From the IMG/VR virus record IMGVR_UViG_3300025483_001155: DNA of 20,000 nucleotides. The stretch is one strand, 5' to 3'. The number at the start of each line of letters is the position of its first letter. Positions within the stretch are counted from its first letter, which is position 1. Source of the DNA: an uncultured virus (IMG/VR IMGVR_UViG_3300025483_001155) (Duplodnaviria > Heunggongvirae > Uroviricota > Caudoviricetes). The position numbers and the translations under genes were made by a program. Of the stretch, positions 15,995-20,000 are shown piece after piece. The notes under the pieces were generated by a model, which was not told the origin of the DNA, ran no database searches, and saw only the letters and a program-made list of their open reading frames with translations.

Positions 15995-16495
15995 TTAAAA
16001 GAAATCGTAACTACTCAATACATCAGGGATACGGTTCAAATCTTTTACAAAGTAGGCGCACTTTGGCTTGTCACCATATTCTAATGGAATAGCAAGAATA
16101 TGCCCGTACTTTAGTTTAGGGAAGAACCATTTCACATCGGCAAATACATTATTAATTTTTATTGGTTGCCAATCCATGGTAAAACCGGCTAATGGGTTAG
16201 TTAAGATTGTATCAAAACTACGTTCATTAATACTAGTTAATGGAACAAATTCTAAGTCGCCTATATCCCTATGACCAATAAGTATATGCCAATCGATTGG
16301 CATTTCTATTTTGTGAGTTCCGATTGTCATCGATATACTTGGCGCATCAAATGTTTCAATGAAAACTAGAGGAATAAAGTAGAAATCAGGCTCTGCTTTA
16401 TCTGTCACATCCATTACACAGTATCTAATATCTTCTATTTCTTCTGGCAAACTGTTCATTTCAAAACAGCGATTTTCTGGTGTTAATATTTTCAT
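15995..16495 (-). CDS. Phage hypothetical protein, possibly a degenerate Hint-like beta fold, 166 aa
   Basis: TAATG-coupled to uvsW. The fold assignment is a weak inference. Confidence 0.75.
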   Translation of the reverse strand: MKILTPENRCFEMNSLPEEIEDIRYCVMDVTDKAEPDFYFIPLVFIETFDAPSISMTIGTHKIEMPIDWHILIGHRDIGDLEFVPLTSINERSFDTILTNPLAGFTMDWQPIKINNVFADVKWFFPKLKYGHILAIPLEYGDKPKCAYFVKDLNRIPDVLSSYDFF

Positions 16496-17940
16496 TAGTA
16501 TTTTACCTTTTCTATGCTAAATGGATATTCAGCATCTTTATAGAATTTCTTCCTTTCAGTTAGATGTCGTTTTGAGAACTTACACCTGCTTGTGATGTCC
16601 CAAATTTGAACAAAATCTTTATCCTTTGCCACACGTACACCGCGACCGATAGACTGAATAACCCGCACAAAAGACTTGCCAGGCTCCAAAAGAACCATGT
16701 TGAATATGCGAGGGATATTAATACCAACAGCGGCAACGCCGTAAGTAGCAATAGTGATTGAATTGGTAGCTTCATTTATTTCCTTATATGCTATTTTCCT
16801 ATCATCAGATTTCATAGAACCTTGAACGAAATCTGCTTCTGGGAGTAGATCCTGTAATGCTTGTCCCGAATTGATACGCCCAGTTAAGACTAGGGTATTT
16901 CCTGTTTGTGATATTTCTTTAATTAAGTTTGCTAAGTATTCTTGTCTTTTTTTATCCTCTAGTAAAAATTTTAGTTCACTTTGATAATCAGTATATAATT
17001 GTGTCTCCTGTGTCTGAACTACATTTACATGACAATTGGACAACACGCCAATATCTTGCAAATCTTTTGCTGCTAGTCTATTCACAATGTCTCCCAAACT
17101 GGCACGTATGGTAGTAAACTCATGATCGGACTTGGGTATGGTCCCCGTTAACCCCCAACGCAACGGAACACATGCAAATACACTTGTTAACAAATCCTTT
17201 AGTACATCAGCCTTTGCTTGATGTACCTCGTCTACAATTACACAGCACACGTCCTCGATAAAGTCCATGATATTTTCTTCGCCTTTTTTAGTTTTCTTTA
17301 GCAAGGAATTGAGGGATTGCCATGTACAGATGGTGTGGGTTTTTCCAATATCTTTCCTATCACCGAAGTAAACACCAGCATCTAACCCACAATTTAGATA
17401 GTCTTCTTCAGTCTGCCGTACCAAGTCCTTATTTGGTACAATAACAATTGAACGCCCATACTTTTCTACTAATTTAGACATAGTAGCAGTCATAATAGTT
17501 TTTCCGGCACCTGTAGCAATCTCTTGTAGAGCCTGTGGTGCCTCCAAAAACTTATTAACAACGTCAACTTGATAATCACGAAGGCGAATAGTTTCACCTG
17601 CTGCTGGATGTCCTTCGGGCCAACATGTGTCGCCCCAAAATTCATCATTAATTGTATCAAATTCTAATTTAGTATGTTCACGGCGATCATCAATGTCAAT
17701 CTCATATCCAGAACTCATAATGATGGGCAAAAGATCATCCAATAAATTTAGATAAGTTCTACCACCGACATCGCAAAACCGCACAGTTCCATCCCAACGT
17801 CCTAATTTATAGGCTGGCATATGATATGCGTGTGGTAGGAAGAACTTTAATTTATCACTACACTTACGGCGTGTAGCAGGATCAAGTCCTTCTAACTTTA
17901 CATTTACTTCGTCCTTGATTAAGATTGTACATTTTTTCAT
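16495..17940 (-). CDS. uvsW: UvsW-like superfamily 2 DNA helicase, 481 aa
   Basis: LRDYQ, ATGAGKT, IVDEVH, GLTGT, GINIP, QSIGRGVR; N-terminal GRWDG. Confidence 0.9.
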   Translation of the reverse strand: MKKCTILIKDEVNVKLEGLDPATRRKCSDKLKFFLPHAYHMPAYKLGRWDGTVRFCDVGGRTYLNLLDDLLPIIMSSGYEIDIDDRREHTKLEFDTINDEFWGDTCWPEGHPAAGETIRLRDYQVDVVNKFLEAPQALQEIATGAGKTIMTATMSKLVEKYGRSIVIVPNKDLVRQTEEDYLNCGLDAGVYFGDRKDIGKTHTICTWQSLNSLLKKTKKGEENIMDFIEDVCCVIVDEVHQAKADVLKDLLTSVFACVPLRWGLTGTIPKSDHEFTTIRASLGDIVNRLAAKDLQDIGVLSNCHVNVVQTQETQLYTDYQSELKFLLEDKKRQEYLANLIKEISQTGNTLVLTGRINSGQALQDLLPEADFVQGSMKSDDRKIAYKEINEATNSITIATYGVAAVGINIPRIFNMVLLEPGKSFVRVIQSIGRGVRVAKDKDFVQIWDITSRCKFSKRHLTERKKFYKDAEYPFSIEKVKY

Positions 17941-17975
17941 AATAATATCATAACACTTTTTTAGATTAAAGTCAA
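17941..17975 (-). promoter_or_regulatory. sigma70 promoter predicted to give a leaderless uvsW mRNA
   Basis: TTGACT (17970-17975), 17-nt spacer ending TGT, TATGAT (17947-17952), 6 nt, ATG (17940). Confidence 0.8.
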
Positions 17976-17976
17976 G

Positions 17977-18005
17977 AAAAAACAGACACCCAAGGATGCC
18001 TGTTT
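17977..18005 (-). terminator. Rho-independent terminator
   Basis: Minus strand AAACAGGCATC-CTTG-GGTGTCTGTTTTTT (includes G-U pairs), after the AAA gene and abutting the next -35. Confidence 0.8.
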
Positions 18006-18023
18006 ATAAAAATATATAATAGA

Positions 18024-18998
18024 TTATACACGCTTCATGCATGTTGTTTCTGCTAATCGCTTCCAACGTGCGGGGCTTAACTTACACAAGTCAGCCAATT
18101 TCTGAGCCATGCGAAGTGAAATTTCACGCATTTTTGCTTGATTATCTTCCAGGAATTTTACAATATCAACCTCCTGTTCTTTAGATAAACCTTTCTGATC
18201 GAACAACCCACCATCACGTGCAATCTGCTTGATACGCAAGATTTTCTCACGTGTAGAGTCCATAGTCAAGTCAAGATAGTGACAACGTGACATAATAGCC
18301 TCAAGATGATCTTTGATTTTATTTGAACGAACATTATCGAATTTTAGATTCGTGATAAAGATTACACTACCCTTAAATTCAAAACGATCCGGAACACCCT
18401 CACGGCGCAAGAAATGTGAGTCTGAATTCCAAGAAATATAACGCTTCTTACCACTATCAAGTGCTGCTTTAAGAATGTTTAGAGCATTTTCATCAAACAA
18501 TATACTATCACAGTCATCCAGAACAACGATGTTCTTTGAGTCTGAATACTTATAAAGCATTGCATACAAGCCAATCGGTGACATTGTACCTTTAACGAAA
18601 GTGTGTCGAAGCGGATTATCTGCCATTACATCAAACAACGAATCTTTTTCAAGAATTTGTTCAACGCCATATGTCTTACCGATTCCAGGAGGTCCAGACA
18701 CTACCATACCACGTACAATTCCATCGCACGTTGCCTCTGTCATTTCATTAAGAATAGAGAAACGTTCAGCAATACGATCCATAACTTCAACATCAGTCTC
18801 ACGATGAAATGATACGACTTCAACATTTTCGGGCAGCACTTTTACTCGCATTTTAGAACGATTAAATTCTGTTTCACTTGCATCAACTGTTATGAAATAA
18901 GTGCCATCCTTTGCTTGTTTCATTTCTTGAACTACAGGAAAAATACCTGTTACTTCTTCATTGCGGTAAAATCCGTTTACGATTTGAACTACTGACAT
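18024..18998 (-). CDS. AAA+ ATPase, 324 aa
   Basis: Walker A GPPGIGKT, Walker B VVLDDCD, IFITN, AIMSRC. Second ATG (18998) preferred for its spacing from SD GAGGA. Confidence 0.85.
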   Translation of the reverse strand: MSVVQIVNGFYRNEEVTGIFPVVQEMKQAKDGTYFITVDASETEFNRSKMRVKVLPENVEVVSFHRETDVEVMDRIAERFSILNEMTEATCDGIVRGMVVSGPPGIGKTYGVEQILEKDSLFDVMADNPLRHTFVKGTMSPIGLYAMLYKYSDSKNIVVLDDCDSILFDENALNILKAALDSGKKRYISWNSDSHFLRREGVPDRFEFKGSVIFITNLKFDNVRSNKIKDHLEAIMSRCHYLDLTMDSTREKILRIKQIARDGGLFDQKGLSKEQEVDIVKFLEDNQAKMREISLRMAQKLADLCKLSPARWKRLAETTCMKRV

Positions 18999-19014
18999 TT
19001 TCATTTCCTCTTTG

Positions 19015-19045
19015 TGATTACTAACTTAGTTATAAACTGATTCGT
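19015..19045. repeat. ~30-bp direct repeat, copy 1 (copy 2 at 19952-19981)
   Basis: tgattacta(a)cttagttataaactgattcgt; the two copies differ only by a 1-nt indel. Confidence 0.9.
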
Positions 19046-19057
19046 GGATAATGTCAA
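19029..19057 (-). promoter_or_regulatory. Early sigma70-like promoter with ACGAATCA (GANTC) box
   Basis: TTGACA TTATCCACGAATCAGTT TATAAC. Confidence 0.8.
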
Positions 19058-19065
19058 GCATCCAT

Positions 19066-19317
19066 TTAGCGATGTCTCCATGGTTCTGCCAAATCGGCCA
19101 AATGCCGTTGATGATTATTGTAAGAAATTTTGTAATCTTCCCAAGAACCATACGTATGAGTTTCAGGACCAACTTTATTATTACGTGCTTCGGCTGAGGC
19201 ACGTGCCATTTTTTCACCAAAAGGATACCAATCAACTAATTCTTTTGTATCAGATGTATATACAACAAAAATAGGATAACCTTTTTTGACTTCTTTTCTT
19301 AGTTTTTCAATGTCCAT
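19066..19317 (-). CDS. Hypothetical early protein, 83 aa
   Basis: ATG closely follows the stop of the upstream 56-aa ORF. Confidence 0.75.
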   Translation of the reverse strand: MDIEKLRKEVKKGYPIFVVYTSDTKELVDWYPFGEKMARASAEARNNKVGPETHTYGSWEDYKISYNNHQRHLADLAEPWRHR

Positions 19318-19319
19318 TA

Positions 19320-19490
19320 TTAAACCCTAGATAATTCAAAATAACAATCTGCAACAAGTTGTATGGCCAAATCGCCATATCGTTCTCTTACCTTGTCATA
19401 TACTGTTTCGACATCTTTACCAGATTTAATCAACTGACTGGCAAAGTTTTGTACTTCAATACGGAAACCTTGTGTTAATTGAGTATTCAT
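19320..19490 (-). CDS. Hypothetical early protein, 56 aa (not in the ORF track)
   Basis: TAATG-coupled ORF MNTQLTQGFRIEVQNFASQLIKSGKDVETVYDKVRERYGDLAIQLVADCYFELSRV fills the gap. SD GAGG upstream. Confidence 0.75.
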   Translation of the reverse strand: MNTQLTQGFRIEVQNFASQLIKSGKDVETVYDKVRERYGDLAIQLVADCYFELSRV

Positions 19491-19933
19491 TATGCAGCCT
19501 CTTTCATTTCATTATGATAGTTATATGGTTTATCCCACTTACCAACGTTAATATCAATATAGAAATCATGATCAAAGTAATCAATCTGTGAATTACTATT
19601 GTTATAATAACCAGTTGATTTGATTGCTGCAAGTAAGTCACCAAAGAAACGTTTGATAGTTGGATCAACCGCATGTTCCTCACACCAGTAAGGATTAACT
19701 TGATAGTTTCCAGTAGTAGAGCGAACCTGCTCACCACGGCGTTGTGCAATCGCACGATTATAAGCATTGATATCGCCGATGAAATCGAGTGGGCCGTTCC
19801 AAAGATTGACAACTAATGTACTGTGATTATCTACTGCAACAGTAACATCACGCCCACCAAAGCCGTATGATTTACAAACTGCTTTAACATTTTTAGCGAT
19901 GATTTTTTTGCGGTCCTGAGAAATATACGCCAT
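19490..19933 (-). CDS. Early phage protein, possibly LPD29/LPD25-like, 147 aa
   Basis: SD AAGGA. C-terminal YNNSNSQIDYFDHDFY resembles the 'D.SD.MTDYFD..F' motif recalled for these domains; family assignment is tentative. Confidence 0.7.
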   Translation of the reverse strand: MAYISQDRKKIIAKNVKAVCKSYGFGGRDVTVAVDNHSTLVVNLWNGPLDFIGDINAYNRAIAQRRGEQVRSTTGNYQVNPYWCEEHAVDPTIKRFFGDLLAAIKSTGYYNNSNSQIDYFDHDFYIDINVGKWDKPYNYHNEMKEAA

Positions 19934-19951
19934 ATTGTTAGTCCTTTTCGC

Positions 19952-19981
19952 TGATTACTACTTAGTTATAAACTGATTCGT
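19952..19981. repeat. ~30-bp direct repeat, copy 2
   Basis: tgattactacttagttataaactgattcgt. Confidence 0.9.
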
Positions 19982-19993
19982 TAGATTTGTCAA
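19965..19993 (-). promoter_or_regulatory. Early sigma70-like promoter with ACGAATCA (GANTC) box
   Basis: TTGACA AATCTAACGAATCAGTT TATAAC, with an A-tract upstream. Confidence 0.8.
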
Positions 19994-20000
19994 CCTTTTT

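Noticed and set aside
19026..19812. Alternative-frame ORFs 19026..19235, 19044..19274 and 19504..19812
   Set aside because: They overlap better-supported coupled genes or a promoter and lack start signals.
19015..19981. Direct repeats as a CRISPR array or att sites
   Set aside because: Only two copies about 940 bp apart, both coinciding with promoters; no spacers, cas genes or integrase.
1..20000. Stop-codon reassignment, tRNA genes, introns or inteins in helicases and primase
   Set aside because: Genes tile densely in the standard code (clpP ends in TAG at the expected place), enzyme lengths look normal, and no cloverleaf was seen in the short intergenic gaps.

Overview
AT-rich segment of a large tailed-phage genome with T4-like gene logic. 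Nearly all genes are on the minus strand, densely packed with TAATG/ATGA overlaps. Right to left: small early genes and an AAA ATPase; a replication block (UvsW-like SF2 helicase, APS-kinase-like P-loop kinase, putative clamp-loader small subunit, Zn-finger protein, AbrB-like protein, phosphoribosyltransferase, a very small DnaE-like protein); a divergent pair of late genes; a PD-(D/E)xK nuclease next to a beta-class DNA methyltransferase; primase, ClpP and DnaB/gp41 helicase; and a late virion block (ligase-like protein, putative internal head proteins, Mtd_N/Ig/SPRY fibre). Three promoter classes can be read directly: (1) sigma70 promoters with TTGACN-17-TAT(A/G)AT-6nt-ATG geometry, predicting leaderless mRNAs for four DNA-metabolism enzymes; (2) sigma70 promoters with a fixed-position ACGAATCA box (GANTC, GcrA-type YGAKTCG) that lack the -7T, pointing to an alphaproteobacterial host; (3) (G/T)ATAAATA late promoters. 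The best candidates for new biology are the late, possibly head-packaged nuclease paired with an early methyltransferase, the 195-aa minimal family-C polymerase core, and the possibly methylation-coupled promoter class. All protein calls come from motif recognition by eye; no searches were run.
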